Assembly (NCBI GenBank): GCA_043757865.1
Contig: JAYVOP010000235.1
Coordinates: 1-57,342, forward strand
Direction: 5' to 3'
Source: Verrucomicrobiales bacterium
Lineage (GTDB): Bacteria; Verrucomicrobiota; Verrucomicrobiia; Verrucomicrobiales; V1-33
DNA length: 57,342 bases
Position 1 is the stretch's first letter, and every line of letters starts with the position of its first letter. Below are positions 1 to 9,126 of this stretch, piece by piece. Both the position numbers and the translations under genes were made by a program. The notes under the pieces are model-generated. The model saw nothing but the letters and a program-made list of their open reading frames with translations. It was not told where the DNA came from and did no database searches.

Positions 1-100
1 GGTGCCTCAGAGTGCTGCTAAAAACGCTCCAATCCAAGTCCAAGCATGGCTCCGCAGCTTAGCCGCTAACCTGCTGGAGCCGCAGCCCTGAGGCCCGCTA

Positions 101-832
101 CTACTGCATAGCCGCATGGACGCGGGTCACGTCCGCATGTTCATCCAAGGCTTGGAGGAACGCTGTGACCTCTTCCCGCTGCTCGTCTGTGAGGTTCGGG
201 AGATCCTTGGGCAGGTAGCTCCACTCGCTGGTGGTGATCTGCCAGCCAGCCGCTTTGAGCGCCTTGCCCACCAGGTCTAGCTGCGTGGTGGCACAGAGGA
301 ATCTACCTGCGAGATGGCCTGCGGGCAGGTCTTCCACATCGTCTGCGGTGAGTGGGGAAACATCGTCCGCGCCCGCTTCTAGCGCGGCCGTTTCCAAGTC
401 CTGACTGGCATCTGCGTGATGCGCCTCGATCAAGCCCACGTGGTTAAACATCCACGCCACGCTGCCTTTCCCACCCAGCGATCCTGCGCGGAAGAGCACC
501 CGCAGCTCAGGGGCCGTGCGGTTATTATTGTCGGTTAGGCATTCCACGATCACGGGCACGCGGTGCGGGGCAAAGCCCTCGAACACCACCTCTTCCATGG
601 CCGCACTGCCCGCTTCCAGGCCCGCTCCTTTGGCGATGGCGCGCTCGATGGTGTCCTTATACACGCTGGCCTTCTTCGCATTCTCGATGGCCACATGCAG
701 CCGCGCATTATACTCCGGGTGTGGCCCACCGAGCTTGGCGGCTATCTGAATTTCCCGCACGAATTTCGTCGAGACTTTGCCTTTCTTGTCGGCGGCCATT
801 TCCCGCCATTTCTGTTTCCATTGAGCGCCCAT
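101..832 (-). CDS. yebC: YebC/PmpR family protein
   Basis: N-terminal MGAQWK..K...KF.REIQIAAKLGGP.P..NARL..AI..AK, the YEG/FEG-type motif FEGFAPHRVPVIVECLTDNNNRT, and C-terminal L.EHADV.RVH; 243 aa is typical length. Confidence 0.95.
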   Translation of the reverse strand: MGAQWKQKWREMAADKKGKVSTKFVREIQIAAKLGGPHPEYNARLHVAIENAKKASVYKDTIERAIAKGAGLEAGSAAMEEVVFEGFAPHRVPVIVECLTDNNNRTAPELRVLFRAGSLGGKGSVAWMFNHVGLIEAHHADASQDLETAALEAGADDVSPLTADDVEDLPAGHLAGRFLCATTQLDLVGKALKAAGWQITTSEWSYLPKDLPNLTDEQREEVTAFLQALDEHADVTRVHAAMQ

Positions 833-856
833 AGTTTCGTGTTAGGTAAAATTTGT

Positions 857-1672
857 TTAAGCCAGCAGCGGCGTGGTGCCCTCGAACACAAAGTCCGCTG
901 GGCCAGTGAGCGTGACCTCCGTAAATGACTGCTCTGCCCCCGGCGTGAAGCCGATGTGCAGCGTGTCTCCGCCCCGCACCTTCACGCTGATCGGACTGGG
1001 GGCACCGCTCAGCAGATGATGCACTAACGCACACGCCACCATGCCCGTGCCACACGCGAGCGTTTCATCCTCCACGCCGCGTTCGTAAGTGCGGATGGCG
1101 ATGCTGCCTGGGGCTAACACTTGCAGGAAATTTGCGTTCGTGCCCTTAGGTGCGAAGTGTGGGTGATACCGCAGTGCCGCGCCCCACAGCACCACTGGCG
1201 TGGCGGCTAGATCCTCCACGCAGACCACGGCATGGGGCACCCCCGTGTTTAGAAAATGCACGGGCAACGTCGCCTCCGCCACGGGCAGCCTAGTGCCCAG
1301 CGCTAGGCCGTGCGGCACGCTCATGGCTAAGCGCACGAGGTCACCTTCATACGTGGCAGAGAGCACCCCAGCCATCGTTTCAAAGCGCACCTGGCTGCGT
1401 CCATCGCCCAGCAGCCGCTGCACATAACGGGCAAAACAACGCGCCCCATTCCCACACATTTCCGCCTCCCCACCGTCCGCATTGTAATACCGCATCCGCA
1501 CGTCCGCGCCTTGCTGGGCGGGCTCTACAGCTATCAAGCCATCTGCACCCACGCCACGGTGGCGGTCACATAAACTAGCAATCTGGGCAGTGCTTAGGGA
1601 CCAGGCATTCGTGCGATTATCTAGCATCACGAAGTCATTACCAGCACCATTCATTTTCGTAAAAGTCAGCAT
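857..1672 (-). CDS. dapF: diaminopimelate epimerase
   Basis: FTKMNGAGNDF, DRHRGVGADG, EMCGNGARC, NTGVPH, NANF and RTYERGVEDETLACGTG motifs; both catalytic Cys present. Confidence 0.97.
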   Translation of the reverse strand: MLTFTKMNGAGNDFVMLDNRTNAWSLSTAQIASLCDRHRGVGADGLIAVEPAQQGADVRMRYYNADGGEAEMCGNGARCFARYVQRLLGDGRSQVRFETMAGVLSATYEGDLVRLAMSVPHGLALGTRLPVAEATLPVHFLNTGVPHAVVCVEDLAATPVVLWGAALRYHPHFAPKGTNANFLQVLAPGSIAIRTYERGVEDETLACGTGMVACALVHHLLSGAPSPISVKVRGGDTLHIGFTPGAEQSFTEVTLTGPADFVFEGTTPLLA

Positions 1673-1861
1673 CGGAATTTAAATATGGGGAAAAGAGATT
1701 TGCCTACGCCATGGAAGCAACTGCCCTGGGCGGCAACTCCTATTTCTCATCGGAACCCGCAGTCCTCTCCTCCATCAGGCCCCGTGGGGCTCACCTTCAA
1801 AAAAATACCGCCTCCCCAAATTGCTTCGAGCTTTCTTGGCCAGTGCCATTAGGTTGGCGGC

Positions 1862-2041
1862 ATGTTGTGTCCTGTCACCTGTCCATCGTGCTATGAAGAA
1901 TTTACCGTGTTGGCCCCGCCTGCCGCGGAGGTGCCGTGTGTGGTGGACTATGATTGCGAGGTCTGCTGCCGACCCATGGTGATCCGGTTTGAGGAAATGG
2001 ATGACGAGGTCTGGGCGGAGGCGCTGGGAATGGGGGAATAA
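1862..2041 (+). CDS. small Cys-rich CPXCG-family (zinc-ribbon-like) protein, 59 aa, absent from the ORF track
   Basis: Hand translation: MLCPVTCPSCYEEFTVLAPPAAEVPCVVDYDCEVCCRPMVIRFEEMDDEVWAEALGMGE*. It has CPxC and DCEVCCRP motifs and ends in TAA at 2039-2041. Confidence 0.75.
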   Translation: MLCPVTCPSCYEEFTVLAPPAAEVPCVVDYDCEVCCRPMVIRFEEMDDEVWAEALGMGE

Positions 2042-2086
2042 AATGAGCGGCGGGCGGCCTCTGCTGCTTGACCCGCAGGCCGCGCG

Positions 2087-3829
2087 ATGCAGGATGCGCC
2101 CTCCCTTATGAAAAAGAAATCTGCCTCTGCTGCTGCCCCCGCTGTTTCCGCCTCCTCACTCCATCGTCGTTGGTCTGGCCCCATGTTAGATGGGGTCGAT
2201 CGTGCGGCTAGCCGTGCGATGTTGCACGCCGTGGGGTTCAATCGTGGAGACTTTCAGAAATCCCAGATCGGCATTGCCAGCACTTGGGCGCAGGTCACGC
2301 CATGCAATATGCACATCGATAAATTGGCGCTGGAGTCCGCCAAGGGCGTGAATGCGGCCGGGGCGAAAGCGATCATTTTCAACACCATCACCATTTCCGA
2401 CGGCATCTCCATGGGCACGGAGGGCATGAAATACAGCCTTGTGAGTCGCGAGGTCATTGCCGATTCTATCGAAACGGTGGTCGGCTGCGAGAACCTAGAC
2501 GGACTGGTAGCCATCGGCGGTTGTGATAAAAATATGCCCGGCTGCTTGATCGGCATGGCGCGGCTGAATCGGCCCAGCGTGTTCGTTTACGGCGGCACTA
2601 TTTTGCCCGGCTGCTTTGAAGGCAAGGACGTGGACATTGTCAGCGTCTTCGAGGCCTGCGGCAAACACGCCGCTGGCCAGATCACCGATGCGCAGCTCCA
2701 AGGCATCGAGGAAACCGCCATTCCCGGCCCCGGTGCCTGCGGCGGCATGTATACCGCTAACACCATGGCCAGTGCTATCGAGGCCATGGGAATGAGCTTG
2801 CCTAACAGCAGTGCGCAAAGCGCCATCAGCCCAGAGAAACTCATGGACTGCTTCGATGCCGGAGCCGCCGTCATGCACATGATCACGCGCGGCATCCGTC
2901 CCAGCGACATCCTCTGCAAAGAGTCCTTTGAAAACGCCATTGCGCTCATCACTGCCCTAGGCGGCAGCACCAATGCCGTGCTCCACATGCTGGCCATGGC
3001 TCATGCGGCGGGCGTGAAATTGAGCATCGATGATTTCACCCGCATCGGTGCGCGCACTCCCGTGCTAGCGGATCTGCGGCCCAGTGGCAAGCACGCCATG
3101 GCGGACCTCGTAAAGATCGGCGGCACCTTGCCATTGATGAAACTTCTCTTGTCCGAAGGCCTCATGCATGGCGATGTGATGACCGTGACTGGCAAGACCA
3201 TGAAAGACAATCTGAGCAAGGTCAAAGCCACCTATCCCAAAGGCCAGACCGTGATCCGCTCCATGAAAGATCCCATCAAACCCGAGGGCCATCTCGTCAT
3301 CATGTATGGCAATCTAGCACCCGAAGGAGCCGTGGCTAAGATCTCTGGCAAAGAAGGTCTCACCTTCAAAGGCACCGCCCGCGTCTTCGATAGCGAAGAA
3401 GCCGCCATGGCCGCCATCATGGACGGCAAGATCGTGAAAGGGGATGTGATCGTCATCCGCATGGAAGGCCCCGTGGGCGGCCCAGGGATGCGGGAAATGC
3501 TGGGGCCCACCAGTGCCGTCATGGGCCGGGGGCTGGGCAAGGACGTGGCGTTGATTACCGATGGACGTTTCTCCGGCGGCAGCCACGGCTTCGTCGTCGG
3601 CCACATCAGCCCGGAAGCCTACGTGGGCGGCCCCTTAGCCATCGTGAAAAATGGCGACATCATCAGCATCGACGCCAGCAAACGGAAGATCAATTTAGTG
3701 GTCCCCGCCGCCGAGATCGCCAAGCGCCAAGCCGCCTGGAAACAGCCGAAGCCGCGTTACACCCGAGGTGTGCTAGCCAAGTTTGCCAAGTGCGTGAGTT
3801 CCGCTAGCACAGGCGCGGTGACGGATTAA
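2087..3829 (+). CDS. ilvD: dihydroxy-acid dehydratase
   Basis: [52 protein letters not shown] and TDGRFSGG motifs. True start may be ATG 2108. Confidence 0.97.
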   Translation: MQDAPSLMKKKSASAAAPAVSASSLHRRWSGPMLDGVDRAASRAMLHAVGFNRGDFQKSQIGIASTWAQVTPCNMHIDKLALESAKGVNAAGAKAIIFNTITISDGISMGTEGMKYSLVSREVIADSIETVVGCENLDGLVAIGGCDKNMPGCLIGMARLNRPSVFVYGGTILPGCFEGKDVDIVSVFEACGKHAAGQITDAQLQGIEETAIPGPGACGGMYTANTMASAIEAMGMSLPNSSAQSAISPEKLMDCFDAGAAVMHMITRGIRPSDILCKESFENAIALITALGGSTNAVLHMLAMAHAAGVKLSIDDFTRIGARTPVLADLRPSGKHAMADLVKIGGTLPLMKLLLSEGLMHGDVMTVTGKTMKDNLSKVKATYPKGQTVIRSMKDPIKPEGHLVIMYGNLAPEGAVAKISGKEGLTFKGTARVFDSEEAAMAAIMDGKIVKGDVIVIRMEGPVGGPGMREMLGPTSAVMGRGLGKDVALITDGRFSGGSHGFVVGHISPEAYVGGPLAIVKNGDIISIDASKRKINLVVPAAEIAKRQAAWKQPKPRYTRGVLAKFAKCVSSASTGAVTD

Positions 3830-4043
3830 GGGTCATGCCGCCCCCCTCCAGCTTTGTAATCAGACGCCACCACCTCGTCGCTGCGGGAACGCCCGGGTAC
3901 CCGCAGGGCACGAGTCCCAGCAGCCGCCGCCCGGTCGAGTTTATTACGTTTACGGTTTGGCCATGCTCCTGCCTAGCTTGAAGAGATTTTAGTGCAAATA
4001 TCATCTTGCTTGAGAGGCAATTCACACTGACGTCCATACTAAT

Positions 4044-5168
4044 ATGCACTCAACTTTTTACGCCCGTATGAAACTCCTTTCCCTCGGCCTCGGCCTAGCC
4101 TCTCTCACCAGCCTCCATGCGGCCAATATCCTTGCACCGTCGGATCTTGTCATTGCGGTGGATGCAGATGTTTCCGGCTCCAACAGCAACTACCCAGAGC
4201 CCAATGAAAATCCCGCCAAGGTGATCGACGGCAACAACGGCACCAAATATCTCAATTTCGGAGGCTCCGGCTCCGGCTTTATTGTTACCCCTAGCGCCTC
4301 TACGGCGGTGCAGAGCATGCAGTTCGTCACGGGCAATGATGCGCCAGAGCGTGATCCCTCCAGCTATCAAATCTACGGCACCAATGCCCCCATCACCTCG
4401 GGCGCTAATAGCGCGGGCACCGCTGAGGCCTGGACCCTGGTTTCTGCTGGATCAGTCGCCTTGCCTACTGCCCGCAATGCGGCAGGTCCAGCGATCAACA
4501 TCATCAATACTACCGCCTACAGTTCCTATAAACTAGTGTTCCCGACCATCACCAACAGCGATCTCCTCCAGTTGAGCGAAGTACAAATGTATAACGCTCC
4601 GAACCTCACGGGTTCCGCCTCCTTGATGGCTTCTAATGCGATTGTCGGCATCGACCAACCAGGTTTTTCTGACAGCCGCTACGCTGACTCCGAAACTCCC
4701 GGGCACCTGATCGATGGCAACACGGGAACGAAATACCTAAATTTCGGGAAACAAAACAGCGGAATTATCGTCAAGCCTGCCACTGGTTCCTCCGTTGTAA
4801 CGGGCATCGAATTTTGGACTGCCAATGATTCTGAAGAGCGGGATCCATCTATGTATCAGATCTATGGTCGCAACGGCGGCTTCACTTCACTAAACAACAG
4901 CCTAGGCGATAGCGATACTTGGACCTTAATTCAATTAAACGCCCTCACCTTGCCGAGCGCCCGCGGGGCCACCAGCGGAGTGCTGAACTTCCCAAACACG
5001 GCGGCCTTTGACACCTACAAAATTCTTTTTCCAGATGTAAAGGATGCCGGAGCCGCAAACTCCATGCAGATCGCTGAAGTGCAGCTATATGGCACGCTGG
5101 TGCCGGAACCAACCAGTCTGGCCACCCTCTCATTGGGATTGCTACTGATGGCCCGCCGCCGCCGGTAA
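4044..5168 (+). CDS. PEP-CTERM protein with two tandem discoidin/F5-8 type C-like domains
   Basis: Signal peptide (start may be 4068). Internal duplication IDGN.GTKYLNFG...T[GA]ND..ERDPS.YQIYG...W......L occurs twice. C-terminus VPEPTSLATLSLGLLLMARRRR. Confidence 0.85.
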   Translation: MHSTFYARMKLLSLGLGLASLTSLHAANILAPSDLVIAVDADVSGSNSNYPEPNENPAKVIDGNNGTKYLNFGGSGSGFIVTPSASTAVQSMQFVTGNDAPERDPSSYQIYGTNAPITSGANSAGTAEAWTLVSAGSVALPTARNAAGPAINIINTTAYSSYKLVFPTITNSDLLQLSEVQMYNAPNLTGSASLMASNAIVGIDQPGFSDSRYADSETPGHLIDGNTGTKYLNFGKQNSGIIVKPATGSSVVTGIEFWTANDSEERDPSMYQIYGRNGGFTSLNNSLGDSDTWTLIQLNALTLPSARGATSGVLNFPNTAAFDTYKILFPDVKDAGAANSMQIAEVQLYGTLVPEPTSLATLSLGLLLMARRRR

Positions 5169-5427
5169 CCTAATGTTTACGGTCTCACGGGGCGTGTTGC
5201 CAACGAATGTTCCTGCCGGGAGGCATCCCAGCGTGCGCAATCAAGCGGACCCCTTGTGGTCACGTCCAAGCGGGAAATCTCGGCCTCATCCTCGCGCTGC
5301 GGCGGGAGGGTGATTTGACCAAAAGGTTCCGCTCCCCAGCCAAAGGGCTAGGGAATATCCCCGCCAAGCTCGCGATGATCCGCCAGAACACGGCTCGCCA
5401 TCCATGCCAGATGCAGCCTCGCACCAC

Positions 5428-6039
5428 CTAACGATGCCACTGCTGCCAGTCCGTCACGGTGTCGATGTCCCGCAGGGTTTCCAGCCGGGTGACGCGGAGG
5501 CCTAGGGCCTCTGCGCGTTGGGTGCAGATGGCCAGCGTTTCGGCGGTGCTCCAAGGGATGTCATGGAAAAGCGCGGGATGCGGCTGGCGTAGCGCTTGTA
5601 GATAGTAACCGCCATCCGCAGCGGGGCCGAAGACGACATCTGCGCCCAGTTCCAGGGCCTCCCAGGCCTGTGAGAAATGATGCGCCCGCAGCCCCGGACA
5701 GTCCGTGCCGATGAGGCTGACGCTGGTGGCTCCAGCCGCCAAGGCCTGCTGCGTGAGGGCCAGCAAGCGCGCGCCCAGATCCCCGCTGGGCTGGGGCACT
5801 AACGTGTAACCCTGCACCTCCGGCACGTGCTGCTGGAGCCACTGGGCGAACTCTGCGCCATGGCTTGGCGGATCATACGCCAGCCACACGTCCCCGAGCG
5901 GCAGGTGGCGGAGCGTTTCCGCTAGCAGAGTTTCGTAAATGGCCACGGCAGCCGCGTCTCCCACGTCAGCGGCTAGGCGGGTTTTCACATAGCCGGGGCG
6001 GGGATATTTACAGAAGGCGATGATGACGGGAGTTTTCAA
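5428..6039 (-). CDS. TIGR04282/DUF2064 family glycosyltransferase-like (nucleotidyltransferase fold) protein
   Basis: F.KYPRPGYVKTRLA, QPSGDLGARL, LIGTDCP, VFGPAADGGYYL, IPWST and DIDT..DW motifs. Confidence 0.85.
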   Translation of the reverse strand: MKTPVIIAFCKYPRPGYVKTRLAADVGDAAAVAIYETLLAETLRHLPLGDVWLAYDPPSHGAEFAQWLQQHVPEVQGYTLVPQPSGDLGARLLALTQQALAAGATSVSLIGTDCPGLRAHHFSQAWEALELGADVVFGPAADGGYYLQALRQPHPALFHDIPWSTAETLAICTQRAEALGLRVTRLETLRDIDTVTDWQQWHR

Positions 6040-6405
6040 TTTGTGATGATGCGCATGGCTAGGTGCGGGCTTGCGCTTAGCGCTGATTCGTGCGTTTGCA
6101 ACGCGCTACGCTAAGGCGGACGGTGCGGCCACGTCAGCCCTCGGAATCTCCGGGATTTGAAGTGCATTATGGCGTTAGCAGCTTGCCACCGGGGGCAGCG
6201 CGATTGGGGCCAGCCATACGGGACATTGGTCCATCCATGGCCAAACAAGAATTGACCACCCACCCCGTCCGCAATCCTCCGCGCCTGATTTCCGCCCTCC
6301 AGACTTTCCTCACTTGGGGGTCACAGTCCAAAGAGGGCTCCCTCCCCAACGGGACGGACGGAGGCGTTGGCCACAGAGGGCGCTTTGGTGCGGGGGACGT
6401 TCCCT

Positions 6406-6500
6406 GCGCCCCGTTAGGGCGCGGGGGGGGGGACTTTGGTCCCAGGGTGGCGTTCGTGCCTTGCGCCACTCTGGGCTTTCACCGTTAGCCCCTTTGGGGC
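6406..6500. repeat. REP/BIME-like palindromic element
   Basis: Hairpins gcgccc-cgtta-gggcgc (6406-6422), cccagggtggcg...cgccactctggg (6441-6475, one mismatch) and gcccc-ttt-ggggc (6488-6500), with a G10 run at 6423-6432. Related cores occur at 1779-1790 and, degenerate, at 46972-47024. Confidence 0.6.
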
Positions 6501-6661
6501 CGGGGTTGGTTCCGCCCTAATCTCCCCCGCCGCCCTTCTCCAGGAACGGAGGTGGACTTCCCAAAGCCGTCCCGCCCCGAAATACCGGTGGAGCCCGGTT
6601 TTCGGTAGCTTTTCTCCTGATAAACGGCAGGTTGGGCCAGAAATAGGGGGCGGGAGACGGA

Positions 6662-6740
6662 GGCGGGAGAGACTTGCCCTGCGGCTGGGAAAGTCTTCCC
6701 AAGGGCTGGGAAAGTCTTCCCAAGGGCGGGGAAAGTCTTC
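6662..6740. repeat. 21-bp tandem repeat array (two exact copies, one partial, one degenerate)
   Basis: ggctgggaaagtcttcccaag at 6683-6703 and 6704-6724, partial copy 6725-6740, degenerate copy 6662-6682. Each unit contains the dyad gggaa-agtc-ttccc. Confidence 0.9.
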
Positions 6741-6892
6741 TTAAATCTATCCCCCGGCCTGGAACCTCCAGAGGATTCATACGTAAGCCCTGAAGGAAGG
6801 ACCGACAAAACCCATATCGCCCTTGCGCCAAGGCTGATTCTGCTTAGTCAATCTGGCCTTCCACCGCACCACCCTTAACCTCGCTTCTCCTG

Positions 6893-7987
6893 ATGCTTAC
6901 TTTAAAGCCCGCTGCTGCTTGCCAATATGACCTCATTTCCCTGGGGGAGATCATGCTCCGTCTGGACCCAGGTGAGGGCCGCATCCGCGGTGCGCGGGAG
7001 TTCAAGGTGTGGGAAGGCGGTGGGGAATACAATGTGGCGCGGGGGCTGCGGAAATGTTTTGGGCTGCGGACTAGCGTGGTGACGGCTTTTGCGGACAATG
7101 ATGTGGGCCGGCTGGTGGAGGACTTCATTATGCAAGGCGGGGTGGACACGCGGCATATCCAATGGGTGCCGTATGACGGCATCGGCCGCACGGTGCGCAA
7201 TGGGCTGAACTTTACGGAACGTGGCTTCGGCATCCGGGGAGCTAAGGGCATCCCGGACCGGGGGAATACAGCGGCTAGTCATTTGAAGCCGGGGGATGTG
7301 GACTGGGAGGAGATCTTTGGGAAACAAGGCGTGCGGTGGTTTCACACGGGCGGCATTTTTGCCGCCCTCAGCGATACCACGCCGGAGGTGGTGATCGAGG
7401 CGGTGGAGTGTGCCCGGAAGCATGGCACCATCGTGAGCTATGATCTGAACTATCGGCCTAGTCTCTGGAAAGGCATCGGTGGTAAGGCCCGCGCGCAGGA
7501 GGTGAACCGCCGCATCGCCAAAAGTGTGGATGTGATGATCGGCAATGAGGAAGATTTCACGGCCTCGTTAGGGTTCGAGGTGGAAGGTGCGGACGAGCAC
7601 ATCAGCACGATTGAAATTGGGAGTTTCCAAAAGATGATCGAGCGCGCAGTGCAGGAGTTTCCTAACTTCAAAGTAGCCGCCACCACGCTGCGCACGGTGC
7701 AGTCTGCCACCATCAACGACTGGGGGGCGATCCTCTGGCACGAGGGCCAATTCCATAGGGCGGCACAGCGGAATGGGCTGGAAATTCTGGATCGGGTGGG
7801 CGGGGGAGACAGTTTTGCCAGTGGGCTGATCTACGGTTTCCTGGCCCACAATGATGCGGCTAAGGCGGTGGAATATGGCGCTGCGCATGGCGCGCTGGCG
7901 ATGACCACGCCGGGGGACACGTCCTTCGCCACGCAGAGTGAGGTGGAGAAGGAAATGGGCGGGGGCAGCAAACGCGTCGAACGCTAA
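6893..7987 (+). CDS. kdgK: PfkB-family sugar kinase, 2-keto-3-deoxygluconate kinase-like
   Basis: SLGEIMLRLDP, GGGEYNVA, HTGGIFAALS, SYDLNYRPSLW, GNEEDF and DRVGGGDSFASGLIYG motifs. Confidence 0.85.
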   Translation: MLTLKPAAACQYDLISLGEIMLRLDPGEGRIRGAREFKVWEGGGEYNVARGLRKCFGLRTSVVTAFADNDVGRLVEDFIMQGGVDTRHIQWVPYDGIGRTVRNGLNFTERGFGIRGAKGIPDRGNTAASHLKPGDVDWEEIFGKQGVRWFHTGGIFAALSDTTPEVVIEAVECARKHGTIVSYDLNYRPSLWKGIGGKARAQEVNRRIAKSVDVMIGNEEDFTASLGFEVEGADEHISTIEIGSFQKMIERAVQEFPNFKVAATTLRTVQSATINDWGAILWHEGQFHRAAQRNGLEILDRVGGGDSFASGLIYGFLAHNDAAKAVEYGAAHGALAMTTPGDTSFATQSEVEKEMGGGSKRVER

Positions 7988-8003
7988 CCTAGCGAAATCT
8001 GAC

Positions 8004-9068
8004 GTGGAAGAGCCCCCTCTGCAACCTAGCCACTGGCATCAATGGGCGCTGCCTAGCCACGGACTGAAGATCGAGGCCATTGATGCGCACGTGGGTGGTC
8101 AGCCCTTGCGGTTAGTGCTGGGCGGTTATCCGCTGCCCCGGGGCGTGACGATGATCGATAAATGCCGTTACAGCATTGAGCACCTGGACCATCTGCGCGG
8201 CTCCATTTTACTAGAGCCCCGTGGGCACCCGGACATGTGTGCCTGCCTGCTCACACCGCCGCAGCGCGTGGATTCAAACTTCGGCACGCTCTTTCTGCAT
8301 CGCAGCGGCATCTGTCCCATGAGCGCCCACGGCATCGTGGCCGTGGCGACGATGTGTGTGGAGGCCGGCCTCGTAGAAGCCAAGGCCCCGGAGACGCTGC
8401 TGCGATTTGATACCCCCGCCGGGCGCATCCGGGCTTATGCCAGCGTGGAAGCGAACCGCGTGCGGCGGGTGTTCTTTGAAAATGTGCCCTCCTATGTCGT
8501 CGCTCAGCATCAACAAGTTGAGGTGCCTCAGATCGGGCCGGTGAACTATGATCTGGCCTACGGGGGCGAGTTCTATGCCTTTGTGGAGGCCCAGTCGCTG
8601 GGTCTGGAACTGGTGCCGGACCGCATTGCGGAGATCACGCAGATGGGCGTGGCCATCGCCACGGCGTTAGCGGAAAAGATTAAAGTAATCCATCCCACCG
8701 AGCCCCTCCTGAGCCTGCTCTCCGGCGTCGTGCTAACCCAGGAAATTCCGAAACGTCGGGACTCCGTGGCACAGAGCCGCCAAGTCTGCGTCTTTACGGA
8801 TGGAGCCGTGGACCGCAGCCCCTCTGGCACTGCGCTCAGCGGGAAACTGGCGCTGATGCACGCGCGGGAGGAGATCGATCTGGGGGAAGCCTACGTGGTG
8901 GAAGGCCTGCTAGGGGGGACGTTTACGGGCCGCCCCGCCCGGGCGGGCGTAACCGTGGGGCCGTATCAAGCGATCGTCGCAGAGATCGAAGGCCGTGCGT
9001 CGATCACTGGGCATCACAGTTTCTTTATCGATCCCGAGGACCCGCTGCGGGAAGGGTTCTTGCTCTAA
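8004..9068 (+). CDS. proline racemase/hydroxyproline epimerase family protein with atypical Ser/Ser active site
   Basis: IDAHVGGQPLR, EPRGHPDM, DTPAG, F.NVPSY, DLAYGGEFYA, DRSPSGT and G.A.ITG motifs. Probable start is GTG 8004; the ORF-track start 7938 overlaps kdgK. Confidence 0.9.
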   Translation: MEEPPLQPSHWHQWALPSHGLKIEAIDAHVGGQPLRLVLGGYPLPRGVTMIDKCRYSIEHLDHLRGSILLEPRGHPDMCACLLTPPQRVDSNFGTLFLHRSGICPMSAHGIVAVATMCVEAGLVEAKAPETLLRFDTPAGRIRAYASVEANRVRRVFFENVPSYVVAQHQQVEVPQIGPVNYDLAYGGEFYAFVEAQSLGLELVPDRIAEITQMGVAIATALAEKIKVIHPTEPLLSLLSGVVLTQEIPKRRDSVAQSRQVCVFTDGAVDRSPSGTALSGKLALMHAREEIDLGEAYVVEGLLGGTFTGRPARAGVTVGPYQAIVAEIEGRASITGHHSFFIDPEDPLREGFLL

Positions 9069-9089
9069 CGCTGCGCAGAAAGTCCGCTG

Positions 9090-9118
9090 TTGCTTGCGCA
9101 ACGGATGCTGTTTATAGC
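9090..9118 (+). promoter_or_regulatory. candidate sigma70-type promoter of prfC
   Basis: TTGCTT-17 nt-TATAGC ending 8 nt before ATG 9127. Sequence resemblance only. Confidence 0.35.
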
Positions 9119-9126
9119 ACGCGCCC

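Noticed and set aside
5428-6039. Arsenic metabolism link between the TIGR04282 gene and the metal efflux region
   Set aside because: The family label is not functional evidence, its usual partner genes are not adjacent, and it lies more than 20 kb from the efflux genes.
6662-6740. CRISPR array
   Set aside because: The repeats are directly adjacent with no unique spacers, and there are no cas genes in the window.
6090-6831. ORFs in the large spacer (6090-6488, 6436-6744, 6485-6808, 6517-6831), including LGKSSQG/GKTFPAL repeats
   Set aside because: They are open on several frames because of GC-rich hairpins and the 21-bp array; no coherent protein signal.
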